64,000 bases of DNA, from contig OZ244587.1 in assembly GCA_965218095.1 (NCBI GenBank), positions 2,720,001 to 2,784,000 on the forward strand, written 5' to 3'. This DNA comes from Candidatus Poribacteria bacterium (GTDB lineage: Bacteria; Poribacteria; WGA-4E; PCPOR2b). This document shows positions 1 through 10,267 of this stretch, piece after piece. The position numbers and the translations under genes are program-made. A model generated the notes under the pieces. The model saw nothing but the letters and a program-made list of their open reading frames with translations, had not been told where the DNA came from and did no database searches. Each line of letters begins with the position of its first letter. The first letter of the stretch is position 1.

Positions 1-2
1 GC

Positions 3-200
3 AAAACGTGGGGACGCGCCGAGCTCGGTCTGACAGCAAACAGCACGATCTGGTGTCTGGCGCGTGAGTCCGCCGTGCCCGGGTGGATCTTCGCTTGCAG
101 CGTCAGCGGTCAGCTTTTCCTCAGCACCGACGATGGGGCGTCGTGGTCGAAACTTGGGCACGAGTTTGGGGAGGTCCGTGCACTGGCGATTGTGCCTTGA
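3..200 (+). CDS. C-terminal end of a BNR/Asp-box beta-propeller protein (partial; starts before the window)
   Basis: Manual translation KTWGRAELG...LFLSTDDGASWSKLGHEFGEVRALAIVP* contains the Asp-box S-x-D-x-G-x-S-W. Confidence 0.7.
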   Translation, partial: KTWGRAELGLTANSTIWCLARESAVPGWIFACSVSGQLFLSTDDGASWSKLGHEFGEVRALAIVP

Positions 201-397
201 GGCGTTAGTAAAATGAGGAAATGGGTGAATGAATCACCTATTTTCTCCATTTGCTATAGTTGAGTGAAAGTTTATGTCAAATCAAAGGGGGTATCGAATC
301 AATGCCCGACGTAAAGCGTACAATCTGCCATCGGTATCAACACTATCGTCCCACCTTGCTGTTGCAATTCGATGAATCTGAATAACTGCTAAAAAGG

Positions 398-426
398 TTG
401 ATAAAGCAGACCAATTATGATATAAT
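398..426 (+). promoter_or_regulatory. sigma70-type promoter for the rpsF operon
   Basis: TTGATA-17 bp-TATAAT with extended TG, upstream of rpsF. Confidence 0.65.
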
Positions 427-435
427 TTTGGTAAT

Positions 436-563
436 CTTTGCTCCAGAACTGATTGTGATTTTTGGCAATGTTATACGAGGGAGTTATACCCGTCACCTGG
501 ATTTTTCTACTTGCGGGGTAAGTCGTCACAATTCAAGCTGGAGCCATACGTCCAAAGGGAGGT
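436..563 (+). promoter_or_regulatory. Candidate S6:S18 ribosomal protein leader
   Basis: GCTCCAG (440-446) pairs with CTGGAGC (538-544); CTTT pairs with AAAG beside SD GGGAGG; CC-containing internal loop; located directly before rpsF. Confidence 0.5.
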
Positions 564-572
564 ACAAAAACA

Positions 573-1007
573 TTGCATCAATACGAAACTGTTTTTATTG
601 TTAACCCGGAGCTTGATAAAAGCGAAACGAACGACGTTATTGACGGCGTCAAAGGAACCATTGAGTCTGGTGGAGGCAAGATTCTCAAGGTAGATCCATG
701 GGGGAAGAAAAAACTCGCTTATAGGGTTAAGCGGCACAATGATGGCTATTATGTGTTCGTGGTATTTGAAAGTGGCCCTGAATTTGTGCGTCAGTTAAAC
801 GGCTACTATCAGATTACTGAACCCATTATTAAGCATATCGTTGTTCGATTTGAAGGGGATCTGACCGTACCTGCTCAAAGCCATACAAAAATACCACGGG
901 GAGAAGAAACCGACGAGGACTCGCCGGGTGATAGTCCTTTTGAAGATGTTGAGAGCAAAGACGAAGATAAATATGAACTTATAGCGAGTAAAACGCGTAG
1001 CGAGTAA
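573..1007 (+). CDS. rpsF: 30S ribosomal protein S6 (C-terminus extended into a MITE)
   Basis: YETVFIVNP...WGKKKLAYRVK motif; TTG start after SD GGGAGG; first gene of rpsF-ssb-rpsR. Confidence 0.97.
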   Translation: MHQYETVFIVNPELDKSETNDVIDGVKGTIESGGGKILKVDPWGKKKLAYRVKRHNDGYYVFVVFESGPEFVRQLNGYYQITEPIIKHIVVRFEGDLTVPAQSHTKIPRGEETDEDSPGDSPFEDVESKDEDKYELIASKTRSE

Positions 1008-1119
1008 AACGCGCTCTTCTCCCGTCAGCCTCAACGAAGGGAAGGATCTCTTGCACCCTAACGAGGAGATTCTTCGCTGCGCTCTATTAGACTTCCAAGA
1101 AACTACCCGCAATGAGTTC
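975..1119. mobile_element. MITE-like element, copy 1 (129-bp core plus 16-bp internal tandem duplication)
   Basis: Near-identical inverted copy at 11551-11679; imperfect 12-bp TIRs GAACTTATAGCG / CGCAATGAGTTC; no ORF. Confidence 0.75.
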
Positions 1120-1184
1120 TATTATTGATGTTAGCGATACCGCCAATGGATTCTAACATCAGATAAGGTAAAGGAGACAAAATC

Positions 1185-1652
1185 ATGGCAAGCTACAACA
1201 AGGTCATACTCATGGGAAACCTCACGCGCGATCCTGAATTGAAATATCTTCCGAGTGGTACAGCAGTCGCTAATGTGGGATTGGCTGTGAGTCGAACGTA
1301 TACAGACCGCCAATCAGGAGAAAGAAAAGAGGAAGTTTGTTTCGTGGATCTTGAGGCTTTTGGAAGGACTGCTGAAACCATGAACGAATATCTTCAAAAA
1401 GGTAGACCGGTACACATTGAAGGACGCCTGAGATATCGAACATGGGAGACAGACGATGGACAAAGGCGAGGAAAGCATGATGTCTTTGTTGAACGATTTA
1501 CATTCGTAGACAGTCGTCAAGATAGCGAAGGGGGTGGAGGCGCTTACGAACAATCATCGCCCTCATCCGCTCCATCTTCGGTACAATCGGTACAAGAGGG
1601 ACCTTCGGTACAAGAGGGACCTCCTGTCACGGACGACGACATTCCTTTCTGA
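1185..1652 (+). CDS. ssb: Single-stranded DNA-binding protein
   Basis: NKVILMGNLTRDPEL OB fold; C-terminal DDDIPF. Confidence 0.98.
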   Translation: MASYNKVILMGNLTRDPELKYLPSGTAVANVGLAVSRTYTDRQSGERKEEVCFVDLEAFGRTAETMNEYLQKGRPVHIEGRLRYRTWETDDGQRRGKHDVFVERFTFVDSRQDSEGGGGAYEQSSPSSAPSSVQSVQEGPSVQEGPPVTDDDIPF

Positions 1653-1690
1653 AATCAATCGTTACACAAGAATTGGCGAAATATAGGAAC

Positions 1691-1726
1691 GAAAAGCGGG
1701 CGAGAGTTGACGCCCGCTTTTCTTCT
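1691..1726 (+). terminator. Intrinsic terminator-like hairpin between ssb and rpsR
   Basis: Perfect 12-bp stem GAAAAGCGGGCG/CGCCCGCTTTTC with an 8-nt loop and a T-rich tail. Confidence 0.5.
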
Positions 1727-1752
1727 GTAATACAAATTGGAGGACTGAGATT

Positions 1753-2034
1753 GTGGCAAGAGAACAAAGGGACCGAAGGGACCAAGGGGACCAAGGGGAC
1801 CGGGGGGACAACCCGTATCGAAGAAGTCGACGCAAACAGTGTCGATTTTGTATGGAAAAGGTAAACTTCATTGATTATAAGAATATTGAAAGGCTCAGGA
1901 ATTTCATGACCGACCGTGGCAAGATTCTACCACGACGGGTGTCGGGTAACTGTGCGAAGCATCAAAGGCGAGTCACAAGAGCGGTCACACGTGCGCGTAA
2001 CATTGCCTTCTTGCCGTTTACTGCCCGACAGTAA
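1753..2034 (+). CDS. rpsR: 30S ribosomal protein S18
   Basis: CRFC...IDYKN...[17 protein letters not shown]; zinc-binding type; 9-bp tandem repeats in the N-terminus. Confidence 0.97.
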   Translation: MAREQRDRRDQGDQGDRGDNPYRRSRRKQCRFCMEKVNFIDYKNIERLRNFMTDRGKILPRRVSGNCAKHQRRVTRAVTRARNIAFLPFTARQ

Positions 2035-2430
2035 GTCATTGGAACCGGTTGAAACTTTTGGCGAGAGTATGAGTCCCATTGAGTGAAAGCTGAGACAAAT
2101 CCAACATCTCTGTGAGGGTTGATATACTATTTTGCCAGACCTGTTTTAAGCTGCAATCAAGACTTCACTTGCGGAAATGATGATAAACTGCATGATAGCT
2201 AATTTCCTTTTTTTCTGGGTTATCTGCGCATATGTCAATGGACAATTGCTTCGCTTGACAGCCGGTGTATGGCAGGTGGAGAATATAGTTAAAGAGTTTG
2301 TATTGCTTTTGCATCTGTTAAAAGTTTCAACCGGCTTATTATAAAGGAAGCTGGTCGCAATGGTCACTACCCGACAATGCGTCAGCTATTGCGAATGATT
2401 CGTTATTCACGATAAATCGTGAGGAGCCTT

Positions 2431-2877
2431 ATGGAAGTTATTCTAAAAAGACAAGTTGAAAGACTTGGCGATGAAGGAGACATTTTGACAGTTGCTGATG
2501 GATACGCACGCAACTTCCTGATTCCCATGCAACTTGCGGTACGAGCAACCGAGAAGAACCGACACATGCTTGAGCATGAGAAACGGTTGTTCTCAGCCCA
2601 GGCCGACAAAGGAAAAGGAAAAGCTGAAGAACTTGCAAGGCGTATCGCAGAAGTGACCTGCACAATCCAGAGACGCGCCGGGGAAAACGACCGCCTCTTT
2701 GGATCTATCACCTCGATGGACATCGCGGAGGCGCTCGCTGTCCAGGACATTGAAGTTGATCGGCGGCATATTGAGTTAAGCGAACCGATTAGAGAGCTTG
2801 GCGTTTTCACGGTTCCTATCCGCTTTCATGCCGACGTTACCGCGGATGTTCAGGTTGTGGTTGTTCGTGAAGAGTGA
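2431..2877 (+). CDS. rplI: 50S ribosomal protein L9
   Basis: MEVIL...GYARNFLIP...LFGSIT; SD GAGGAG before ATG 2431. Confidence 0.97.
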   Translation: MEVILKRQVERLGDEGDILTVADGYARNFLIPMQLAVRATEKNRHMLEHEKRLFSAQADKGKGKAEELARRIAEVTCTIQRRAGENDRLFGSITSMDIAEALAVQDIEVDRRHIELSEPIRELGVFTVPIRFHADVTADVQVVVVREE

Positions 2878-2958
2878 TTCTGATTACCACATTTCACAAA
2901 TTATAATTCCGTCGTCAGGTGAACCCCAATAGATTGATTGATGTGTTGGTACTTTTGA

Positions 2959-4293
2959 ATGATGAATGCCAAATCGATTGAACCTCTTCACGATAGAGAA
3001 GCAGAACAGGCTGTGCTTGGAGCAATGATGACAGATAGCACAGTTATTCCCCGCGTTGTCGCAGTCCTCGGGCATACTTCGGATGCTTTTTTTACGAGAG
3101 ACCATCAGCTCATTTACACAGCGATTCTTTCGAGTTATGAACGCCATAACAGGGCAGATGTACTTCTTGTATCCGACGAACTCGAAAGAACAAATGACCT
3201 CAATCGGGCTGGCGGTGATGTTTATCTTTATGATCTCCAGGCGCCAATTGTTGAAACTGAAAGTACCGAGTTCTATGGGCAGATTGTTCGGGAGAAATCG
3301 ACGCGCCGCCGGTTGATTCAGGCCGGCGAGCAAATTAATAATCTTGCTCGCGATCAGGAGAAGGAACTCAACGAGGTTCTCGATCAAGCCCAGGAAGAAA
3401 TCTTTCGCATTGACCATGCGAGTGACAAACGTGGGTTTATACCTATTGGCTCCATCATCAAAGAAACCCTGGAGGAGATTGAAAGCTTATACAAAAAAGA
3501 GGCCCAATTTGTCGGTATACCGACAGGCTTTACTGATTTTGACTTGATGACCTCGGGGTTACAGCGTGGGGATTTGATTATTATTGCTGCCCGACCCAGC
3601 ATGGGCAAAAGTACTTTAGTGCTTAATATTGCTCAGAATGTTGCCACTAATGAGGAACGACCCGTCGCAATATTTAGTCTTGAGATGCCTGCACAGCAGG
3701 TGTTAATGCGTATGCTGGCGGCTGAATCCCCTATCGATTTTAGCCGGCTTCGTACTGGCAACTTAACTCCGGAGTATTGGGACAAATTGACACAAGGCGT
3801 AAGCCGATTGATAGCCGCCCCAATTTTCATCAATGATGCAAGGGGAATTACTATACAGGAAGTACGGGCGGAAGGTAGACGCTTAAAAGGTGAATACCAT
3901 AACCTCGCCCTGATCATCGTTGATTATTTGCAGTTGCTTAGTGGTTCGGGGCGATATTCCGGACGCGTAGAAGAGATCTCCGACATTTCACGTGCACTCA
4001 AAACCCTCGCCTGGGAATTGGATACACCGATTATTGCCTGCTCGCAATTGAGCCGCGAGGTTGAGAAACGCCCGGATAAACGTCCGTTATTATCCGATCT
4101 GAGAGAATCAGGAGCCATTGAGCAGGACGCTGATTTAGTCGCTTTTTTATATAGAGAAGATTATTATGATGAACAAGCTGATGACCAGGGAACCGCCGAT
4201 CTGATTATCAAGAAACAGCGTAACGGGCCGACAGGTACAGTCAGGTTAGAATTCTACAAAACAGAGATGCGATTCGCCAATATGTCCTATTAG
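2959..4293 (+). CDS. dnaB: Replicative DNA helicase
   Basis: AARPSMGKS Walker A, IIVDYLQL, DLRESGAIEQDAD, KQRNGPTG. Confidence 0.98.
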   Translation: MMNAKSIEPLHDREAEQAVLGAMMTDSTVIPRVVAVLGHTSDAFFTRDHQLIYTAILSSYERHNRADVLLVSDELERTNDLNRAGGDVYLYDLQAPIVETESTEFYGQIVREKSTRRRLIQAGEQINNLARDQEKELNEVLDQAQEEIFRIDHASDKRGFIPIGSIIKETLEEIESLYKKEAQFVGIPTGFTDFDLMTSGLQRGDLIIIAARPSMGKSTLVLNIAQNVATNEERPVAIFSLEMPAQQVLMRMLAAESPIDFSRLRTGNLTPEYWDKLTQGVSRLIAAPIFINDARGITIQEVRAEGRRLKGEYHNLALIIVDYLQLLSGSGRYSGRVEEISDISRALKTLAWELDTPIIACSQLSREVEKRPDKRPLLSDLRESGAIEQDADLVAFLYREDYYDEQADDQGTADLIIKKQRNGPTGTVRLEFYKTEMRFANMSY

Positions 4294-4445
4294 TCGGGAA
4301 GTGGTACCTTATTTTAGATTGTCCCATAGTCGGATGGGGTGTCAACTGTATATCGCGCTTTTTTACGCATTACAACCCGGTATCACCGGATCTTCTCCCA
4401 AATGCAACTGCTATCGGGATAATCTAAATTCTGGAAGCACCTTAT

Positions 4446-5306
4446 GTGTCACACTCTATGAATAACCAATCTCCTCTCCGACACCATACGCTGTACGATT
4501 CGCGTAACTTTTTAGTACGCTTTGCCGATTACGTGGGTACCCAGGCCCTGAATTGGATGTCCGGGATTGGAAATGCATCCATGCTGGTTTGGGAAACCCT
4601 CTCATTAATCTTCAAGCGACCGTTTCGGTTGAACCTGATTGTTCACCAGTTGCTTTTGATTGGTGTCAATTCGCTGTTAGTTGTATTGGTCTCAGGCTTT
4701 TTCACGGGCATGGTATTGGCAACGCAGGGATACCATCAACTCAAAGATATCTCGGCGGAAGGGACACTTGGTCGGTTTGTCAGTGTTTCCGTCATCAAAG
4801 AACTCGGACCGATGGTCACTGCTTTTATACTCGCAGGACGGATTGGCGCATCGATTACGGCGGAACTTGGCACCATGAAGGTGACCGAACAGATAGATGC
4901 CCTTGAGGTTATGGCGACCAACCCTGTCAAATACCTCGTCGTTCCGCGTTTTCTCGCGTGCGCAATCATGCTGCCGATCTTGACCATTTTTGCAACAATT
5001 TTTGGAATCGCTGGCGGCCATCTCACGGCCATCTCCCTTTTTGATATGAATGGTCGTTTTTTTCTGAAGCAAGTCCAAAACGATCTGTACATCGGCAGCA
5101 TCATCATAAGCCTTGTTAAAGCGTCAGTATTTGGGATGGCGATTGCATCAATTGGTTGCTACAAAGGGTTTACGATGTCGCCGGTGGGGGGCGCCGAAGG
5201 GGTCGGCAAATCCACAACCGGTTCAGCAGTGACGTCGCTGATCACCATCTTAGTCCTCGACGCTTTCTTGAACCACCTGCTTTATACAACTTTAGGGTTG
5301 AAATAG
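4446..5306 (+). CDS. mlaE: MlaE family lipid ABC transporter permease
   Basis: ELGP...AGRIGASITAELGTMKVTEQIDALEVM signature. Confidence 0.93.
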   Translation: MSHSMNNQSPLRHHTLYDSRNFLVRFADYVGTQALNWMSGIGNASMLVWETLSLIFKRPFRLNLIVHQLLLIGVNSLLVVLVSGFFTGMVLATQGYHQLKDISAEGTLGRFVSVSVIKELGPMVTAFILAGRIGASITAELGTMKVTEQIDALEVMATNPVKYLVVPRFLACAIMLPILTIFATIFGIAGGHLTAISLFDMNGRFFLKQVQNDLYIGSIIISLVKASVFGMAIASIGCYKGFTMSPVGGAEGVGKSTTGSAVTSLITILVLDAFLNHLLYTTLGLK

Positions 5307-5356
5307 TCTATCTCTCTTGCCACGACTCTGTTTGAGCCAACGCGATATGGTCAACA

Positions 5357-6094
5357 ATGATTCGGATTAAAAATCTTTGGAAAAGCTTTGAAAACAAAGA
5401 GGTCCTTACCGGACTTGACCTGCATATCCCTCGTGGCGAAACATTGATTGTTATGGGACGAAGTGGTTGTGGGAAGAGTGTACTGCTTAAACTCATTACC
5501 GCACTGATGAAAGCGGATCAGGGAGAGATTTGGATTAATGGTGAAAATATCACAGAACTTAAGCTAAAAGACTTGAACAGCACCCGCCAGAAGTTTGGTA
5601 TGCTTTTCCAGTCGGCTGCCCTGTTTGATTCAATGACTGTTGAGGAAAATGTTGGCTTTATGCTGTCTCAACATACAAAACTGAGTAAGCGTGAAATTGA
5701 GGAAATTGTCGCTGAAAAGCTGCATTTGGTCGATCTGGACGATACCCAGCACCTGAGACCAGCAGAGCTCAGTGGTGGCATGCGAAAACGCGTTGGTCTT
5801 GCACGCGCCATTGCCTTTAACCCGGAAGTTATCCTGTATGATGAGCCGACAACGGGATTAGATCCGATTACAGCCCTGGAAATCAACCGACTGATACGAG
5901 ACCTGCACGAGAAACTTCAGGTGACTTCTGTTGTTGTGACGCACGATATGGATAGTGCCTTTTCAGTAGGGACAAGGATGGCAATGATACATCAGGGTAA
6001 GGTAATTGCTTACGGAACCTCAGATGAAATTCGGAGGGCTGATAACCCGGTCTTGCGGCAATTCATCTCCAGTGAAAACAACCATCGAAATTGA
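5357..6094 (+). CDS. mlaF: MlaF family ABC ATPase
   Basis: GRSGCGKS, FQSAALFDS, LSGGMRKR, YDEPTTGLDP. Confidence 0.93.
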   Translation: MIRIKNLWKSFENKEVLTGLDLHIPRGETLIVMGRSGCGKSVLLKLITALMKADQGEIWINGENITELKLKDLNSTRQKFGMLFQSAALFDSMTVEENVGFMLSQHTKLSKREIEEIVAEKLHLVDLDDTQHLRPAELSGGMRKRVGLARAIAFNPEVILYDEPTTGLDPITALEINRLIRDLHEKLQVTSVVVTHDMDSAFSVGTRMAMIHQGKVIAYGTSDEIRRADNPVLRQFISSENNHRN

Positions 6095-6112
6095 CGATTG
6101 AAGGTGAGGTAA

Positions 6113-7678
6113 TTGGTGGGTTCGTGGAATGTGCATGTCAAGGTGGGTCTTGTTGTCATCATCGGTTTTATTTTTCTTGTGATTTTGCTGATGAATGCTT
6201 CCAATTCGCCCTGGAGCACGGGCGGGGACCTGTTACGGGTCAACTTTAGTGCCGTCGGCGATCTCCGCGTTGGGGCTGCTGTTCAACTCGCGGGTGTGCG
6301 GATTGGGAAAGTGACCCGTATTGAGCTCAATAAGGACGGGACCCGCGTTGAAGTTCAAATGCACGTCAAAGGCGCTTTTCAAAGACTTCGCCGCGGTTGT
6401 AAAGTAAAAATCGGTGTTATCGGTTTTGTCGGTGAAGCGTATGTTGACTTAACCAACAGCCCGGTTGGCAATCCGCCTTTACAACGAACAGACCTTCCAT
6501 TAACCGGTGAAGATCCGATCGATGTTTCAGGTATCCTAGAACACGCTGAACAAGCGATGATACACGCGACACAACTTACGGAATCCGCGAACCAGTTGAT
6601 ACAATCTAATCAAACTAGCGTTAGGGATGGTATTGCAGAGACGCGGGAACTCATCGAACAAACTAAAGGTGCTTTGAAGGAGATAGTTAGCAGTACGGAG
6701 GAAACCGTAACGACGCTTGATCGTATCGCACGAGCGAATGACTTCCGCTTTGAGCAAACCATCAGACGATTTAACCGTCTGATGGATCAATTAGAAAGCG
6801 ATTCCTTGCTGATCAGCAGTCAGGTCAGTGACATCGCCCAAACCGTGCTTGGCCTGGTGGATCGTAACGCCGCCCCCGTTGAGCAAATTATCGCTGATTT
6901 ACAAGTAAGTTCGACTCACTTTCGCAGAATATCTCAGCAACTGGATCAAGATTTAACCAAGTTGAAGTCTGAGCTTTCGAGGCTAATCGCCCAAAGCCAG
7001 GATGCCATTGAGACTGAAACGCCCAAGGTTGATCGACTGCTAGAAAATCTCACGAATGCCACTGAAGAACTGGATGGGCTGCGCGATAATCTCACGCAGG
7101 TTCTTGATAAAATGCAAGATGGAGACGGCAGCATCGCCCAGTTGCTGAACAAACCCGATGCCCTCAATGAAGCACGAGATACCTTAAAAACAGCGGACGA
7201 GACAATGGTTGCGGTTCGGGACCTATCTCGGATGCTTGATCAGAGATCTAAAGGATTCAAGCTGCCCAATCTCGGTTGGGATTATGAACTTCGTTATTTA
7301 AGCCTTGAGGAGAGCTTGCACAACGAGTTAGCTTTTTTGCTATTACCCGCACCCAACCAGCGATACCGACTTGGCTTGGCGGCTCGTCAGGAAGATGTAA
7401 AATTTGAATTCCAGTACGGTTATGACTTCACAGACTACCTGCGCGGACGTTTTGGGTTCATGCGGTCGAAGGTTGGCTTAGGATTCGATCTATGGCTACT
7501 CTCCCGAAGACTTGGCATCACCATTGAAGGGACTCGTCTTACCAGCAAAGACCCGGAGCTGGGTACAGAAGTGTCATGGAGGTTTTGGCCCTACGGACAA
7601 ATCATTATCGGCGCGGAGAATTTGACGGATGACATCCGCTATACAGCAGGTCTTCGGTTCTCGTCAAGAAGTTGGTAA
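6113..7678 (+). CDS. mlaD: Long MlaD/MCE protein with helical stalk and C-terminal beta-strand domain
   Basis: N-terminal TM helix, MCE motif LRVGAAVQLAGVRIGKV, ~250-aa helical region, then amphipathic beta-strands ending near YTAGLRF. Confidence 0.85.
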   Translation: MVGSWNVHVKVGLVVIIGFIFLVILLMNASNSPWSTGGDLLRVNFSAVGDLRVGAAVQLAGVRIGKVTRIELNKDGTRVEVQMHVKGAFQRLRRGCKVKIGVIGFVGEAYVDLTNSPVGNPPLQRTDLPLTGEDPIDVSGILEHAEQAMIHATQLTESANQLIQSNQTSVRDGIAETRELIEQTKGALKEIVSSTEETVTTLDRIARANDFRFEQTIRRFNRLMDQLESDSLLISSQVSDIAQTVLGLVDRNAAPVEQIIADLQVSSTHFRRISQQLDQDLTKLKSELSRLIAQSQDAIETETPKVDRLLENLTNATEELDGLRDNLTQVLDKMQDGDGSIAQLLNKPDALNEARDTLKTADETMVAVRDLSRMLDQRSKGFKLPNLGWDYELRYLSLEESLHNELAFLLLPAPNQRYRLGLAARQEDVKFEFQYGYDFTDYLRGRFGFMRSKVGLGFDLWLLSRRLGITIEGTRLTSKDPELGTEVSWRFWPYGQIIIGAENLTDDIRYTAGLRFSSRSW

Positions 7679-7809
7679 TCTGTTGAATTCCAATAGTTCT
7701 AATATCACAATGAGGCGTGGTGGAGTAGAGCGGGCCCGATTCTCGGACTAGCACGGGAGATACAACAGTATTCCCAAGCAGGCTTCCCCTATGAGTTCAA
7801 TAAAAAATA

Positions 7810-9168
7810 ATGACAAAAGAACGTCGGCAATTTGTTTGTCGGGAATGTGGTTATTCCTCCATAAGATGGCTCGGTCGGTGTCCAGAGTGTGAGAAGTGGA
7901 ATACCTTCATTGAGGAGATCGAGGAAACCGTTTCTGTGCACCATCGGTTCGCGGGGCAGCCTGCAAGTGAGCCCGAGCCCATTACGCGGGTCACCGCAAG
8001 TGAGTCAGATCGGTTAGTAACAGAAATTGGGGAATTTGATCGAGTGCTCGGCGGCGGGATTGTGCCGGGGACTGTCGTGTTGATCGGCGGCAATCCGGGG
8101 ATCGGCAAATCAACGCTACTGTTGCAAGCGAGTGATATGCTGAGCCGTACTTATGGGACTGTGCTGTACGTGTCAGGTGAGGAGTCCGTTACCCAAACAA
8201 AACTGCGGGCAAATCGGCTTGACATCACTTCTGATTCGTTGTACGTGTTGTGCGAAAATAACCTGGACCAAATTGAATCGCATATCACCCAACTCAATCC
8301 CCATATTATTATCATTGACTCGATTCAAACCGTCTCTCTCCCAGGATTGCAATCCGCTCCCGGCAGTGTAACGCAGGTGCGTGAAAGCGCAGCGCAATTA
8401 CTGATCATTGCGAAAAGTAAAAACATCCCGATTATTCTTGTCGGTCATGTGACCAAAGAGGGGTCTCTGGCTGGGCCCCGTATTTTAGAACACATGGTTG
8501 ATACGGTACTTTATTTTGAGGGGGAAAGGCAGCATGTCTATCGTGTCCTGCGTGCGGTAAAAAACCGATTTGGTTCAACCAACGAAATCGGGATTTTTGA
8601 GATGTTAAGTTGTGGTCTGGTTGAAGTCAAAAATCCATCGGAACTTTTCATTAGCGAGCGGCAGGAGAATACCTCCGGTTCGGTTGTCGTATCGAGTATT
8701 GAAGGCACCCGTTCCCTGCTGCTAGAACTTCAAGCGCTCGTCGCCCCCGCGAACCTTGGTTTTCCCCGCAACACGGCAACAGGGGTAGACCGTCATCGGA
8801 TTGCGTTACTCATCGCGGTGCTACAGAAACGGGTTGGCCTTGACGTTGGTGATTTGGATGTGTTTGTCAATATCACAGGGGGCATGCGCGTTGATGAACC
8901 GGGCATCGACCTTGGCACCGTCATAGCGATTACGTCGAGTCACCGGGATGTAGCCATTGATCCGCGGACTGTCGTCATCGGCGAGGTCGGCCTGGGTGGA
9001 GAGGTTCGTGCGGTGACACATATTGAGAAACGGTTGCTGGAAGCTGCAAAACTGGGCTTTAATTGTGCAATTTTCCCCGAATCTAACCGTAAAGGATTGG
9101 AATTGAAGGAAGATATTGACTTGATTGGTGTGAACGATCTTTACGGCGCGTTAAGTGTGCTGCTTTAA
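7810..9168 (+). CDS. radA: DNA repair protein RadA/Sms
   Basis: C4 zinc finger, GNPGIGKSTLLLQ, KNRFG, Lon-like C-terminus. Confidence 0.98.
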   Translation: MTKERRQFVCRECGYSSIRWLGRCPECEKWNTFIEEIEETVSVHHRFAGQPASEPEPITRVTASESDRLVTEIGEFDRVLGGGIVPGTVVLIGGNPGIGKSTLLLQASDMLSRTYGTVLYVSGEESVTQTKLRANRLDITSDSLYVLCENNLDQIESHITQLNPHIIIIDSIQTVSLPGLQSAPGSVTQVRESAAQLLIIAKSKNIPIILVGHVTKEGSLAGPRILEHMVDTVLYFEGERQHVYRVLRAVKNRFGSTNEIGIFEMLSCGLVEVKNPSELFISERQENTSGSVVVSSIEGTRSLLLELQALVAPANLGFPRNTATGVDRHRIALLIAVLQKRVGLDVGDLDVFVNITGGMRVDEPGIDLGTVIAITSSHRDVAIDPRTVVIGEVGLGGEVRAVTHIEKRLLEAAKLGFNCAIFPESNRKGLELKEDIDLIGVNDLYGALSVLL

Positions 9169-9214
9169 TGGATATGCCTGTGAGCCCAGAAGCCCATAAT
9201 TTTAAGGAAAGGGG

Positions 9215-10267
9215 GTGGCTCAGGTGCAAATTTGGATTATTCGCGTTTCTTTTACGTTGTTTGGGGCAGTTTTAGGTTGGATCACGGGGGGTTTCATAGG
9301 AGCTATTATTGGTTTTTTTGTTACGATTATTCTAGTGGGTATCGAATCATCAATTCCACGCCCATTACTACGGGATCTTTTCGCTTGCTTCGCTGGACTG
9401 ACGTTCGGTTTGATTGTCGCCTGCTTGATTATTTATATCATCTCACAAGCAACAACTGACGCAATTGGCTCGATATTGACGGCAAGTATCGTTCTTGCAT
9501 GTGCCTATGCGGGTACGATGATTATCTATCGAAGACGGGAAGCCTTTGCACTGTTTTCTCTGACGACACACGGGTTACAATCCAAATCTCCAGCTATTAA
9601 GATCCTGGACACAAGTGTTATTATTGATGGACGGATTCTGGACATCTGCCAAACAGGGTTTTTCGATGGCATTATTTTGATTCCCCAATTCGTCTTAAAT
9701 GAGTTGCAACATATTGCAGATTCTTCGGATCCACTCCGCCGCAACAAGGGACGACGTGGCTTCGAGATTTTACGTTTGATGCAGAGTAATCCTGACATTG
9801 ATGTTGAAGTGACAGAAGAAGATTTCCCCGAAGTGACCGAAGTTGACGCCAAGTTGATTCATCTCGCCCAGAAAACTGGAGCGAAAATCATCACAAATGA
9901 CTTCAACTTGAATAAAGTTGCTGAACTTCAAGGTGTGACTGTGCTCAACATCAACGAACTTGCAAATGCAGTTCGTCCAGTCGTGGTTGCTGGCGAGGTG
10001 ATCCAGGTGCGTGTTCTGCGAGAAGGAAAAGAACCGAACCAGGGGGTTGGCTACCTTGATGACGGGACAATGGTTATTGTGGAGTACGGCAGGCAATATG
10101 TTGGACAGACAATCGAGGTTGTTGTCACCCAAACGTTACAGACAACTGCCGGGCGAATGATTTTTACTCGTGCGAAGACCGATGAAGTGGACAGTGATGA
10201 ACCGGAGGACGTGCGTTCTTATTCCCGCGGCTGGCAGCGGAAGCCGAATGGGGCAACCTCGTACTAA
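9215..10267 (+). CDS. yacL: Membrane PIN/TRAM domain protein (YacL family)
   Basis: N-terminal TM helices, ILDTSVIIDGRI PIN domain, GYLDDGTMVIVE TRAM domain; conserved radA-yacL-ispD order. Confidence 0.9.
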   Translation: MAQVQIWIIRVSFTLFGAVLGWITGGFIGAIIGFFVTIILVGIESSIPRPLLRDLFACFAGLTFGLIVACLIIYIISQATTDAIGSILTASIVLACAYAGTMIIYRRREAFALFSLTTHGLQSKSPAIKILDTSVIIDGRILDICQTGFFDGIILIPQFVLNELQHIADSSDPLRRNKGRRGFEILRLMQSNPDIDVEVTEEDFPEVTEVDAKLIHLAQKTGAKIITNDFNLNKVAELQGVTVLNINELANAVRPVVVAGEVIQVRVLREGKEPNQGVGYLDDGTMVIVEYGRQYVGQTIEVVVTQTLQTTAGRMIFTRAKTDEVDSDEPEDVRSYSRGWQRKPNGATSY

